DNA of 64,000 nt. Origin: Malacoraja senta. Its lineage: Eukaryota. Position 1 is the stretch's first letter; the number at the start of each line of letters is the position of its first letter. This document shows, piece after piece, positions 36,431 through 50,929 of the stretch. Location: positions 744,001 through 808,000 of the forward strand of contig CM075990.1 of the NCBI GenBank assembly GCA_038087875.1, read 5' to 3'. Position numbers and translations under genes: made by a program. Under the pieces are notes generated by a model. It made no database searches. It was not told the origin of the DNA and was given only the letters and a program-made list of their open reading frames with translations.

Positions 36431-36549
36431 GAGGCATACCTAGTTCTACAGTAGGATGGTATCTGATCCCAGGACCTTTATTGTAGCCAATGTTCCAGCT
36501 CTTCCTTGAATCAGGTACAATGAATCTGGCTGAGAATTGGCATGTGTGT

Positions 36550-36840
36550 TTAGTTTAGTTTAGTTTATAGATACAGAGCGGAAACAGGCCTACCGAGTCC
36601 GCACCGACCAGCGATTCCCGCGCAGTAAAACTATCCTACACACACTAAGGACAATTTTACATTTACACTAAGCCAATTAACCTACAAACCTGTATGTATT
36701 TGGAGTATGGGAGGAAACTGAAGATCTCGGAGTAATCCCATGCAGGTCAGGGGAAAACGTACAAACTCCATACAGACAGCAACCGTTGAACCCGGATCTC
36801 TGGCGCTGTAAGGCAGTAGCTCTACCGCTGCGCCACAGTG
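36550..36840 (-). mobile_element. HE1/V-SINE-like SINE
   Basis: Reverse complement of the 35372 element, with a (CTAAA)n tail. Confidence 0.85.
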
Positions 36841-36999
36841 TGATAATGGAAATCTCAGGAGGAAGCTGAGGTGATTGATCCACATTTCTGGCTGACCATA
36901 TCTGCTCATGCTTTAGTCTTGTTGCTAGATTTTGTTTGGTATTGATCCAGAAGACATTCCAACCAAGAATGTATTGTATTAGACTGGTGAAACTTGCTG

Positions 37000-37640
37000 G
37001 ATTCCAGTCACATAGCTGCAACAAACTAAAGGTGAAAGATATCACAGAATGTTTGCAGGGATTCTAAAGGGCAAAATTAAAGAGCCATAGGTCGTAACTC
37101 ATGTTGGTACTGACAAAGTGACTAAAAGAGGGATGAGACTCACAACATGAATTTATGGAACTTGATCACATATTGTGAACAGGAACACGTCCAACTACCT
37201 TGCAGGCAGTTAGCCAGTGCTGTTGAAGGGGGAGGTTTTAAACTAATTTGGATGTAGAAGGGTACACAGCTGGGAAGGACATGCTATTAAATATAAAAGA
37301 AAAACTAAATCAATCTAGGCAGAACATACATGGATGTGGTAAAGCATATGGGAGGAATGCAAGTCTAAATTGGATCTATTTTGATGCAAGATGTCTGACT
37401 AGTAAGGTAAATGAACTGGGAGCATTGATTGGGCGTATTGTCGCTATCATAGAGACATGATTGAAATCTGGGCAGGACTAACAATTCAATGTTCTAGGAT
37501 ATAGAACCGTCATGTGTGACAGGGAGGTATCTAAAAGAGGAGGGGACATTGCAATATTGATTGAGGAGGTCATTAATCATTTTATTCAAAGGGTGATCAC
37601 TTTTCTGAGGTTATACAGCAAACCTTTGAAGAGTCAGTAG
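37000..37640 (+). mobile_element. Highly decayed CR1 ORF1/APE remnant
   Basis: ORF 37248..37460 ends YFDAR.LTSKVNEL...IVAIIET, which resembles the CR1 endonuclease start. Confidence 0.55.
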
Positions 37641-38003
37641 GAGAGAGAAGCAGATGTCAAAAGTTAAGAGAGACAGAAGAGTGTTTAATAGTAAGATTAA
37701 ATGAGAACTTACCAGTTTGAAGTTTGATCTTTATTTTATGAGGAGTTACGATGAGGGATTATGTGAAGAAGGCCGTCAGCACACATGCGCGTCAATCTTC
37801 AAAGCAGCGGTGTGAAATCACAGATAACAGTTGTTGAACTAACATAGTAAGATTAGAGATGACTAGAACTACCAGATGATCTTTATGATACGAGGATTGG
37901 GAGCAGAGGGCACGTAATCGCTCATCTGGACCCGTTGCGCTATAAGCATGACTACCTTAAGAGTGAGATTAGGCAGAGACAGAGATGAAGCTGCAGCCCA
38001 CTG

Positions 38004-41000
38004 AATAGAATAGAATACGTTTATTGTCATTGCACAATACTGTGCAACGAAATTCCATTGCATCTCCTCCGGTTAAAAAATACAAACACGACAACCATTG
38101 ACACATATGTACACTTATTAGTAAAAATAATAAATAAGTATTTAAAAATAATTTTAAAAGAATGTTGCATTTCTTGGAATTACATTTTGCTTCCCCAGTG
38201 TTCTCTGTTGGAATTAAGTTCTTTTATCGCACATGGGTAGAAACTATTTTTTAGTGCGAGCCTTCAGAGACCCGAATCGCCTCCCAGAGGGTAGCAGAGT
38301 GAAAAGGTGGTTGGCAGGGTGGATGTGTCCTGCTTGATGTTTATGGCCCGGCGCAAGCATCGGGCCCTATATATATATCATCCAAGGAGGGCAGTTGAGC
38401 GTTTGTGATGCTCTGTGCAGTTTTTATAGCTCTCTGCAGTGCCCTCCTCTCAGCCACAGTGCAGCTAGCAAACCACACCAGGATGCCATAGGAGAGGATA
38501 CTTTCCACGGCGCATTGGTAGAAGGACAGCAGCAGCGGCTGTGAGACGTTTGCTCTCCGCAGAGACCTCAGGAAATACAGCCGCTGCTGTGACTTCTTCA
38601 CGAGAGTGACGGTGTTCATTTGCCATTTGAGGTCCTGGGAGATGTTTATTCCCAGGAATTTAAAGCCAGTGACTCTCTCCACCATGTCTCCTTTGATGTA
38701 TAGAGGAGCAGGTTCCTCTCTCCTCTTCCTCCTGAAGTCAACGACCAGTTCTTTTGTCTTTGATGGGTTGAGTACCAGGTTGTTTTTGGTACACCAGACA
38801 GTCAGTTTTTGGACTTCATCTCTGTAGGCAGACTCGTCGTTGTTGTTTATCAGTCCCACCGCAGTCGTGTCGTCCGCAAACTTGATGATCCTGTTTGTAC
38901 TGTGTGTTGGTGTGCAGTCATAAGTGTATATTGTAATACCTCAACAGTTGTATTGGATGAAGCAATGCAGATAAAAGCTGAATCAGCAAACTTAATATCA
39001 TATTTGTATAATATTATTTTAAATGTAGAAATACCATCTACGGAAGGTATTAGAAGAGACTGGGAACAAGAATTAGCTATTAAAATCTCAAAGGAAAGGT
39101 GGAATGAACATTTATTAAACGTGCATAAATGTTCGATTAATGTAAGACACACTTTAATACAATTTAAAATTTTACATAGATTATATTATTCTAAAACTAA
39201 AATCAATAAAAATTTCCCAAATGTATCATCAATTTGTGGTAAATGTCAATCTCAACAAGCTACTATAGCGCACTCATTTGTTTTCTGTACAAAAATTCAA
39301 AAATTTTGGATTTAAATTTTTGAAATCTTTACAAAATTATTTAAAATTAAACTGATACCCAAAGCAGAATGGATTATCTTCGGAACAACGGAAGATAGTC
39401 CAGAACTAAATGTGTTGCAAAAGAAATTAATAGACTATGGGATAATAACTGGAAAAAAGTTAATCCTAAAATTCTGGAAAAACGCTCCAATACCAACTAT
39501 AAACATGTGGATTTCAAATATGTTCGAAACATTACACCTAGAAGAGATAAGACTCCTCCTGGCAGGTAAACCAGATCACTTCCACCTGACGTGGTCTGCA
39601 TTTATAGAATTATTACAAGTATAGGGTGCAAAAGTACTAAAAAAATACTAAAAAAACTGAGGTCAGGTAAGGGGGGATGAAAGCTGGAGAGTTGGTATGT
39701 CCCATTTGCGTGATGCTTACAAAAAAGTATTTGTTTTTCTCTTTTCCCTCTTTCTCTTTTTTCTTCTTTGTTAGGGTCTATTTCTTAACTCTTTCCTTTT
39801 GTTTTTAATTTCTTTTTTTATAGGATCTTTGTCTTTTGTTTTTGTTTTTTGTTGTCACGTTTTTTACACTTTCACTTTTTTCCTTCACTTTCTTCTTTCT
39901 CTCAATCTCATCCTTTCCCTTTATTAGTGTAGAAAATAAATGGAGTACATTAATTGTAATAAGATATATGTGATGAGTACTAGTGTAATTGGTTGTAATG
40001 TAATGTACTTCTAATAAATACAAATTTAAAAAAATTAAAATTTAAAAAATATATAAAAAAATAAGTGTATATTGTGTACAAGATGGGACTCAGCACACAA
40101 CCTTGTGGCGCTCCTGTGCTGAGCGTCAGGACTGGGGAGTAATTGGACCCCATCCTGACAGTCTGTGGGTGGTCTGTTAAGAAGTCCTTTATCCATCTGC
40201 ATGTGTTTGCATTAACACCCAGATCAGACAGTTTGTCCACCATTCTGCTGGGGATGATGGTATTAAATGCAGAACTAAAGTCTACAAATAACATGCTCAC
40301 ATATGAGCCAGGGCGCTCCAGATGTGTCAGTGCGGAATGTAGAGCTATGTTGATGGCATCTTCCGTTGACCTATTTGCTCTATTTGCAAACTGGATGGGA
40401 GTGAGGACTTAATGTGGGCCAGGACCAGCCGTTCAAAACACTTCATCACAGTTGAAGTGAGAGCAACAGGTCTGTAGTCATTCAAGCTGGTAATGGATGT
40501 TTTTTTGGGTACAGGCACGATAGTAGCAGTCTTGAAGCATTTAGGGACAGTGCACGTTGACAGAGAGAGGTTAAAGATGTCGCTAAGAACCTCCACTAAC
40601 TGGTCTGCAGAGTCCCGCAATACTCTTCCTGGGATGCCATCTGGGCCAGCAGCCTTCCTGGGGTTGACCCTGTGGAGTACTCTTCTGACATCCTCCGGGG
40701 TGAGAAAGAGTGATAGATGGTCAGACTGGCCGAGGTGAGGGAGAGAGGAGGCTTTGTATCCATCCTTAATGTTGCTGTATACGTGATCCAGTGTATTTTG
40801 ACCTCTCGTCGGACACGCGACATGCTGGTGGAATTTAGGGAGGACAGTTTTTAGATTAGCCTAGTTGAAGTCTCCAGCCACGATGAAAATCCCATCAGGG
40901 TGCGCAGTCTGTAGTTTGTTGATTGATGCTAGCAGGGTGTTCAGTGCTAGCTTGACGTTAGCGCTTGGTGGAATATAAACAGCCAGAATAACGACAGCTG

Positions 41001-41689
41001 TGAACTCCCGCGGCAGATAGAAGGGTCGGCATTTCAATGTGATAAACTCTATGTCTGGTGAACAATGTCTCTCGACAACGTTTACATTTGTGCACCATTT
41101 GTCATAAGAGTAAATACATAGCCCCCCTCCTCTGCTCTTACCGGAGTCACTGCTCCTGTCGGCCCGGTGTGCTGTGCGACCTACCAGACTAATGGCCACA
41201 CCCGGGATCCCAGCGTGAAGCCAGGTCTCAGTTACCACCATAATCGAGCAGGTTTGCACAGGTTTGCACAGTTGTATTTTCTTCATTGATCAGCTCCAGC
41301 TCGTCCATCTTGTTGCTGAGCGATCGGGCGTTCGTCAAAAAAATGCTGGGTAGCGCCGGTCTGTAAGGAGCTTCCTTTAGCCTAGCGTGAATGCCGGCTC
41401 GACAACCGCGCTTCTGCCGCCTCCGTCTGCGCCGCCTCCCGCACCGTCCGTTCGATATGGTGATCCACTCGGACTCCGCTGGGCGTGTGATTTCTGGCGG
41501 GATATAGTCGTTGTGGGAGCTTCTCACGAACTCTAGTTCGCTACACTGCGTCCCAATCCTTAAATACATCCTGCCGGTTGTATGTCGAGTCGCAGTCCAC
41601 AGACAAACGGACAAAACAGACAAAAACAACAACATCCACACGGGGGAGAGCAAAGCCGCTGCATTCAGGTGCGCCGCCATTTTTGCCAA
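38004..41689 (-). mobile_element. Full-length Rex1/Babar-type LINE (APE and RT, frameshifted) inserted in the DIRS YR
   Basis: 5' [63 protein letters not shown] and KFADD. (TTCTA)n tail. TSD CCACTG at 37998-38003 and 41690-41695. Confidence 0.9.
38935..40060 (+). mobile_element. 5'-truncated L1-clade LINE (ORF2 C-terminus and 3' UTR) nested in the Rex1 element
   Basis: QFKILHRLY...C.KC....TIAH.F..C..I..FW zinc motif, T-rich UTR, AATAAA and A-tail. 15-bp TSD ATAAGTGTATATTGT at 38920-38934 and 40061-40075. Confidence 0.92.
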
Positions 41690-43088
41690 CCACTGGCGAA
41701 GCAGCGTGAGTAGCAGCGTGAGTACCACGCTCATATCCCATATCTGTGAATATCGGGGCCTAGGGGGAGTAGAGTTAAAATGCCCTTCATAAATCTTGTA
41801 ATTAAGGGGTGAGATCCGACAGTGTGGTTTCCTGACCGCAGCCATAAGTAAGATGATAATGCGCTCCTAGCATTATTTATGGCGCTATAACTGAATTTCT
41901 GATCGTAGAATAGTGTAGATAGGAACTTCAAAACATCCGTAATGGAAGCCGTGTCATACGAAATTATCGAGAGAGAGCAGTACATCTCCCATTTCCTTAT
42001 ATGAGCGATGTACTGTTTCTGGGTACTCTTCCTCCAGGCTGCAGTGATCACATCTACCGTACGATCTGAAAGTCCGAGCCCCAGGAACGGTCTCCTCACA
42101 ATCTGCAAACCAATAAATTGATTCGGTCATGCAGTGGATGGTTTTCCCCTGTCACAGGATGAACCAGCAGATTTCTGCTTTTGGGGACAGCCATAAAAGG
42201 CTGTGTAATCATACCTAGGACGAGTGGGAACCAATGCTGTGTAGGCCAGTCTGGTACTCCCAATATGCCAGAGACGGAGTCTTGCTTGATCTTGGCCAAG
42301 CACCGACTGATGAGGCAAAATGGGGGAAAGGCATACAAGAACTTTCCACCCCAGTGTAGCGAGAATGCATCTACTGCCACTGCCCCTGGGTCTGGTTCCC
42401 ATGAAACGTAATTTGGTAACTGGTGATTTAGTCTAGATGCAAACAAATCGATCTCCGGTACGCCCTACCAAGCGACAATGTCGTTAAACATTTCATGATT
42501 CAACATCCATTCTTTGTTGTCATTGAATTCCGTGACCTGGTGTCCGCCACCATGTTATATCTACCTGGTAAGTACATAGCTGAAACCCAGATGTTTCTCG
42601 TAATACACCAGTATACAAGTGGTAAATTCACATGATGCATATTGCTACAATAAGCCTTTAGCCCATGGAGTGCTCCCAACAACTCTAAGTAGTTAATACC
42701 ATGTGACGGAAGAATTGATTATTCCTGCATATTCCATCTGCCACCGCAGCTTGAGAAGGTGTTGGTAGCACCCCATCCTAGAGCACTAGCATCGGTTTGT
42801 AGGATAACTGATGGTGTATCGATTAAAATTGTACTGGAGCAATGCCGAATATTGGTCACCCACCATTGTAACTCAGCAATGGCTTCAGCTGGCAACCGCA
42901 TAGGTCTACCGAAGTGACCTTTATGAAGTTTGATTGCCTGCTCCTTTGCACGTTGTAAGTTTTGGTAGTGCAAAGGCCCGAACTGAGCAGCTGGGAAATC
43001 AGCCACTAATTTGCCAATTATACTAGCCACATGTCTAATAGAAGGTTGGTCCTTAACAATGAGATTGTTGCAGGCTTCAATTAATTCT

Positions 43089-46000
43089 ATTGGTACATAA
43101 GACATACTCACGTATAGACTACTTTCTGCTGGATACAAAATTAATCCCCCAAACATCTAATGCAATATACCACACAAACCCAATTTCAGACCATTCTCCA
43201 CTAACTTTCTTTTTGAACCTGGAAGGATTGTCTAAGAATAAATCGTTTTGGAGATTTAATTCTCAAATTCTAAAAGATCCACAAGCGAGTATATATTTAA
43301 AAGAACAAATGGAGGTCTTTTTTCAAATAAATGATACTCCAGATATATCGCCTACTGTACTATGGGAATCTTTTAAAGCATACATTAGGGGTATTATAAT
43401 TTCATATCAAGCTTTTCAAAATAAAAAGAATAAGAATGAACAAAGACAGTTAGAAGAACTTATTAGACAAATGGATATAGATAATGCTAAAGATCCATCA
43501 ATAGATAAACATAATAAAATAATAATTTTGAAATTTAAATTAAATAAATTATTATCTGCCAAACTTATAAGACTTTTTCAAATTACAAAACAAGAGCACT
43601 TTGAATTTGGGGATAAACCGCATAAACTTTTGGCTCGCCAGCTAAAAAAAACGAGAAAAGGGACATACTATACCAAAGATCAAATCAGATAAAGGGGAAT
43701 TATTAACAACACCGAAGGATATTAATAATCGATTTGCGCAATTTTATGAGAATTTGTATACATCTAAAACGACAATTGATTCCAATAATATCACAAAGTT
43801 CTTGGATACCTGTAATCTTCCAAAGTTAGAGCTGAAGGAACAAGAGGAACTGGGTGCACAAATCTCAATTAAGGAATTAGAAGATACAATAAACTCACTA
43901 AAGAATGGAAAAACACCAGGCCCTGACGGATTTACTAATGAATTTTATAAAAACTTTTATGATAAAATAATACCAAGATTACAAAAAATGTACCAATATG
44001 CTTTTAAAAAACGAATACTACCTGATACATTAGCGGAATCAACGATTACATTAATACCTAAGAAAAATAAAGACTTAGAAGAACCTGGTTCATATAGAGC
44101 AATAGCATTGTTAAACACAGATCAAAAAATATTAGCGAAAACATTAGCTAGAAGATTAAGTAAATACATTAGTAAATTAATAAACCCAGATCAGACGGGG
44201 TTTATCCCTAAGAGATACTCATCTAACAATATGAGACGTCTACTCAACATAATGCACTCACACAAATCTGAAGATCAAGAATTATCAATTATTTCGCTGG
44301 ATGCTGAAAAAGCATTTGATCAAGTAGAATGGAATTATATGGACAAAGTATTACAAAAATTTCAACTGGGGGAGAATTTTATTCTATGGATCAAGTTACT
44401 ATATAACAAACCTACAGCTAGAATACTAACTAATAACATATTATCCTCGAAATTCCAACTATCAAGGGGAAATAGACAAGGATGCTCATTATCACCACAG
44501 CTGTTTGCTCTCATTATTGAACCGCTAGCAGAAAAAATTAGAATACACCCTGATATCCATGGATATAATACTAAAGATTCATATAATAAAATATCTTTAT
44601 ACGCGGATGATATATTACTGTACATTACAAAACCTCAAATCACTATACCAAATATATTAAATTTAATTGAAGACTTTGGATCTTTTTCTGGATATAGAAT
44701 AAATTGGAATAAAAGTGAAATTATGTCAATAAAACCGAAAGATTCAACACATCTTTTAAAATTCCCTTTTAAAATAGCTACAGAAAAAATTAAATATTTG
44801 GGAATCGAAATTACCAGAACATATCAAGGTATGTTTAGCGCAAAATTTTGACCCCCCTACTTAATAAATTAAACACACTAATTAAATTCTGGAAAACGCT
44901 CCCGATGTCTTTAATAGGCCGAATAAACGCAATAAAAATGATCTTTTTACCACAAATTTTATACCTATTTCAATCAATTCCTATATACTTACCAAAGAAG
45001 TTTTTTAAAAAACTCGACTCAGATATCACTAATTTTATATGGGACTATAAATCACATAGAATACAAAAAACTCATCTGAATAAACCTAAAGTATTAGGGG
45101 GTTTAGCACTACCTAATTTTATTTATTATTATTGGTCAGTAAATATTAAAAATATGATTCACTGATGGATAACTCCGCCCAGCAAGTGGATTGGATTGTA
45201 ATGGAGAAGAGGATTGCTCCTCTAGAAACATTGGAGCGATCCTCCTTTCTCCAATGAAATTGAATAACATAAATTATAAAAAGAACCCAATTATTCATAG
45301 TACAATCCGAATTTGGAAACAAATAAAACAAAATTCAAATTAAGAAATTTATCACTTTTATTACCTATAGTCAATAACCCTTCATTTAATCCTTCTATTA
45401 TAGATAAAGCTTATACACAATGGGATAGACTAGGAATTAAAATGCTTGGTGACTTGTATGAAACTGAAAATTACTTTCATTTCAACAATTACAAATAAAA
45501 TATAAACTCGGAAATAATCAATATTTTAAATATTTTCAAATATGCGACTATTTGAAAAATCATACAAAAGATCATTATAATAACCCAGTAGATGTATTGG
45601 ACGAGGCAATGCAGATAAAGCGGAATCAGCAAACTTAATATCATATTTGTATAATATTATCTTAAATGTACAAATACCATCTACGGAGGGTATCAGAAGA
45701 GACTGGGAACAAGAGTTAGCTATTAAAATTTCAAAGGAAAGTTGGGAATGAATACTTATTAAACGTGCATAAATGCTCGATTAATGTAAGACACACTTTA
45801 ATACAATTAAAAATTTTACATAGATTATATTATTCGAAAACTAAAATTCATAAAATTTTCCCAAATGTATCATCTATTTGCGATAAATGTCAATCCCAAG
45901 AAGCTACTATAGCGCACTCATTCGTTTTCTGTACAAAAATTCAAAAATTTTGGAATTAAATTTTTGAAATCTTTACAAAGTTATTTAAAACAAGACTGAT

Positions 46001-46303
46001 ACCCAAAGCAGAATGGATTATCTTCGGTATAACGGAAGATGGTCCAGAACTAAATGTGTTTCAAAAGAAACTAATGGACTATGGGTTAATAACTGGAAAA
46101 AAGCTCATTCTAAAATTTTGGAAGAAGGCTCCAATACCAACTATAAATATGTGGATTTCAAATATGTTTGAAACATTACACCTAGAAGAGATAAGACTCC
46201 TCCTAGCAGGTAAACCAGATCACTTCCACCTGACGTGGTCTGCATTTATAGAATTATTACAAACATAGTACTTAATTATTACAAAAAGTACTTTAAAAAA
46301 AAA
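43089..46303 (+). mobile_element. L1-clade LINE ORF2 (end of APE, RT, zinc motif), frameshifted, no 3' UTR
   Basis: YSRIDYFL, ISDHSP, KTPGPDGF, SLDAEKAFD, RG.RQGC.LSP and LYADD (ORFs 43090..43692, 43754..44851, 44848..45165). C-terminus very similar to the 38935 copy. Confidence 0.93.
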
Positions 46304-46304
46304 G

Positions 46305-49165
46305 TACTCAATCTTCTAAATTCTAGCGAGTACAAGCCGAGTCTATCCAGTCTTTCTTCATATGAAAGTCCTGACATCCCAGGAATCAATCTGGTGAACC
46401 TTCTCTGTACTCCCTCCATGGCAAGAATGTCTTTCCTCAGATTTGGAGACCAAAACTGTACGCAATACTCCAGGTTTGGTCTCACCAAGACCCTGTACAA
46501 CTGCAGTAGAACCTCCCTGCTCCTATACTCAAATCCTTTTGCTATGAATGCTAACATACCATTCGCTTTCTTCACTGCCTGCTGCACCTGCATGCCTACT
46601 TTCAATCACTGGTGTACCATGACACCCAGGTCTCGTTGCATCTCCCGTTTTCCTAATCGGCCACCATTTAGATAATAGTCTACTTTCCAGTTTTTGCCAC
46701 CAAAGTGGATAACCTCACATTTATCCACATTATACTGCATCTGCCATGCATTTGCCCACTCACCCAGCCTATCCAAGTCACCTTGCAGCCTCCTAGCATC
46801 CTCCTCACAACTAACACTGCCCCCCCCAACTTTGTGTCATCCGCAAACTTGGAGATGTTGCATTCAATTCGCTCGTCCAAATCATTAATATATATTGTAA
46901 ATAGCTGGGGTCCCAGCACTGAGCCTTGCGGTACCCCACTAGTCACTGCCTGCCATTCTGAAAAGGAACCGTTTACTCCTACTCTTTGCTTCCTGTTTGC
47001 CAGCCAGTTCTCTATCCACATCAATACTGAACCCCCAATACCGTGTGCTTTAAGTTTGTATACTAATCTCTTAAGTGGGACCTTGTCGAAAGCCTTCTGA
47101 AAGTCCAGATATAACACATCCACTGGTTCTCCCTTATCCACTCTACTAGTTACATCCTCGAAAAATTCTATAAGATTCGTCAGACATGATTTACCTTTCG
47201 TAAATCCATGCTGACTTTCTCCAATGATTTCACCACTTTCCAAATGTGCTGCTATCCCATCTTTAATAACTGACTCTAGCAGTTTACCCACTACCGATGT
47301 TAGACTAACTGGTACGTAATTCACCGTTTTATCTCTCCCTCCTTTTTTAAAAAGGGGGGTTACATTAGCTACCCTCCAATCCTCAGGAACTACTCCAGAA
47401 TCTAAGGAGTTTTGAAAAATTATCACTAATGCATCCACTATTTCTGGGGCTACTTCCTTAAGTACTCTGGAATGCAGCCTATCTGGCCCTGGGGATTTAT
47501 CGGCCTTTAATCCATTCAATTTACCTAACACCACTTCCCGGCTAACCTGGATTTCACTCAGTTCCTCTATCTCATTTGACTATTTCCGGCAGATTATTTA
47601 TGTCTTCCTCAGTGAAGACAGAACCAAAGTAGTTATTCAATTGGTCTGCCATGTCCTTGTTCCCCATGATCAATTCACCTGTTTCTGACTGCAAGGAACC
47701 TACATTTGTTTTAACTAATCTCTTTCTCTTCACATATCTATAAAAACTTTTGCAGTCAGTTTTTATGTTCCCTGCCAGTTTTCTTTCATAATCTATTTTC
47801 CATTTCCTAATTAAGCCCTTTGTCCTCCTCTGCTGGACTCTGAATTTCTCCCAGTCCTCTGGTAGGCTGCTTTTTCTGGCTAAATTGTACGCTTCATCTT
47901 TTGTTTTGATACTATCCCTGATTTCCCTTGTTATCCACGGATGCACGGATGCCTGATTTATTCTTTTGCCAAAGTGGGATGAACAATTTTTGTAGTTCAT
48001 CCATGCAGTCTTTAAATGCCTTCCATTGCATATCCACCGTCAACCCTTTAAGAATCAATTGCCAGTCAATCTTGGCCAATTCACATTTCATACCCTCAAA
48101 GTTACCTTTCTTTAAGTTCAGAACCCTTGTTTCTGAATTAACAATGTCACTCTCCATCCTAATGAAGAACTCAACCATATTATGGTCACTCTTGCCCAAG
48201 GGGCCACGCACAACAAGACTGCTAACTAACCCTTCCTCATTACTCAATACCCAGTCTAGAATAGCCTGCTCTCTCGTTGGTTCCTCTACATGTTGGTTTA
48301 GAAAACTATCCCCCATACATTCCAAAAAATCCTCTTCCTCAGCACCCCTGCCAATTTGATTCACCCAATCTATATTTAGATTGAAGTCACCCATTATAAC
48401 AGTTTTACCTTTGTTGCACGCATTTCTAATTTCCTGTTTGATGCCATCTCCAACTCCACTACTACTGTTAGGTGGCCTGTACAAAACACCCACTAGCGTT
48501 TTCTGCCCCTTAGTGTTTCGTAGCTCTACCCATATCGATTCCACATCCTCCAAGCTAATATCCTTCCTTTCCATTGCGTTAATCTCCTCTCTAATCAGCA
48601 ACGCTACCCCACCTGCTTTTCCTTTCTGTCTATCCCTCCTGAATATTGAATATCCCTGGATGTTCAGCTCCCAGCCTTGGTCACCCTGGAGCCATGTCTC
48701 CGTGATCCCAACTATATCATAATCATTAATATCTATCTGCACATTCAACTCATCTACCTTATTATGAATGCTCCTTGCATTGAGACACAAAGCCTTCAGG
48801 CTTGTTTTTACAACGCTCTTACCCCTTATACAATTATGTTGAAAAGTGGCCCTTTTTGATTTTTGCCCAGGATTTGTCTGCCTGCCACATTTACTTTTCA
48901 CCTTGTTACCTATTGCTTCTACCCTCATTTTACACCCCTCTGTCTCTCTGCTCACACATTTAAGAAACCCACCACCTCTTATTCTCTGTTTATTATTTTT
49001 TTCTTCTTTCCCCCCTACCTGTTGGGTCTGAGTGCTTCCCTTCTCTGCCTCCTGCCTCACACACCGTCTACAAGCTTCCTCTATTTGAGTCCCTCCCCCC
49101 AACCGTTCTAGTTTAAAGTCTCCCCTGTAGCCTTTGCAAATCTCCCTGCGAGGATATTGGTCCCC
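46305..49165 (-). mobile_element. CR1 LINE (end of ORF1 to RT), same subfamily as 24191-28210, 3' end missing
   Basis: ORFs 47912..49102, 47572..48000, 46680..47534 and 46279..46605 are nearly identical to the 988-aa ORF2 but frameshifted. Confidence 0.95.
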
Positions 49166-50929
49166 CTCGATCTGGCGATCCGTCTGGTGTTGAGAGGAGC
49201 ATAGGGGTGCTGCCGCCGGAAAGATGAAGTCTTGGAAGATGTTGGGACCTTCATAAGCCCGACCGCTTAAGCCCCATCATCCAGCTCCCTGACCTGCTTT
49301 GGCAGATCTTCCCCGAACAAGAGGTTTGGTGGTTGGATGTTCCCAGCCTTGCATAATGCTGCAAATTTGGGGTTCAGAGCAGGACGGATGGCATTCTTTC
49401 GTAGGCAATTTATCTCAAAATGTGCATTGCACATTAATGCCATGACTGCTGAACATCCGAGAGGGGCCCCCCATCCACCGACCTGGCAAAGGCCGTGATG
49501 CCTGAGGCGAGCAATCTTAATATTTTTTGTAATTTTACCTCCTAGGCTCTGACGCCCCCTCCAATGTAACCCCAGATGGAATGATTTACCGCCGGGACAT
49601 TCAATGAGGCACAGTTTGCAGGGGTATGGTACTTGGTGGTGGTTTCCTCCATGGCCTGATCTTGGAGCTGGTGAGAGGCCAGGTAATTAATGCTCATGGC
49701 TAAATCCTCTCCCAGCGGTTCCCCTGTTAGGGACGGTATAGCAAATTTGGATGCCATTGGGGGCACTTCCGATTCTTGCCCTTCATGCCTAGAAGCATGC
49801 TCCCCAGCTGTGCCTCCGAACTCTGTGTAGAACTGACCTTGTATGCTCCCCTCCTCAGAGAGGGAGACATTGTGCGGCCCTGAGACAGGTGCTGCTGCCG
49901 CAGGCTCTCTAGAATACCCGGGCTCAGATAGCTCCCTCCTTTGGAGCATATCACTTTCGAGCAACCTCTCCATCAGGTGCTCCATGTGGGTCAGTCGCCC
50001 ATAGACGCTGCCCATTGAAGGAGGTGAACCCTCCTGGCCCGACTCGTCCGAGACCACGGGCCTGACAGACTTCTTGGTGGCTTTCCTCCCCAACGGAGTA
50101 GCCAAGGTGCTTTCTATCGGCATCAAGTCTGTAGCTGCTGGCTCCACTGCCAGCGACCGGAAGGCGAAATCGGTGGCCGCCCGCTAGCCGCAGTCCCGCG
50201 GTCTTCAGTAGTCGGTTTCACCGCGGCCCGCCTCTTCACCTTAGACATGGTCTCCGCAAAGTTCGAATACTTTCTGTAACAGAGTAAACGAACCGGGAGC
50301 AACGACCTCAGAGAGAGTATAAGCACTTACCTGAGGGTTTTAAACTTACCGCTGGAAGGAGCGACGCGCCCGCCAGGCAGTCGTTGCGCAATGCGTTAGA
50401 CGTAATGACGCGCATGCGTGCTGACGGCCTTCTTCACGTAGTCACTCACGTGACTCCGAAGTAAAATTGTCATGTAGACAGGGATTAGAACAATGAAATT
50501 CTTACTTTGTGTTGAAGATTATTACTATGTGTTGAATGTAGATGTGCTGTGTGTGTTGTGTGATTGTGCAGTGTGTCTGTGAGATGCGTGTGTTGGTTGA
50601 TTGTGCAGTATGCGTGCTGCTTATGTTTGTTGATTGTGTCTCTTTTTTTTTTTTTTTTTTTTTTAGAAGCTACTGTAATGCGCCCTTTTAAATTGCCCCT
50701 CAGGGACGAATAAAGTGCTTTGTATTGTATTGTATTGTATTGTATTTGCTGCAGCTTTACATGTGCATTAAACGCAATGCCATTTAAACATAGAATAAGT
50801 TAGCAGTTACTCTAGATGAATCAGACCATGATCATGCACATGTACGTAGAACAACCATATTAGTCCAAAGTCCATACTAGTTTGGTGCTGGCAGCATTAG
50901 TGGATGCTAATCTTCTCTGCAATCTTTAC

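Larger units (their letters stand above)
37687..50467 (-). mobile_element. Second DIRS-type element (diverged subfamily), fragmented by nested Rex1, L1 and CR1 insertions and by deletions
   Basis: Right terminus 37687-37925 and left terminus 50400-50467 match the ends of the first DIRS. YR at 37926-38003 and 41690-42100, methyltransferase at 42096-42446 (YAFPPF), RNase H at about 42500-43088, gag at 49170-50248. ICR and RT core absent. Confidence 0.9.
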
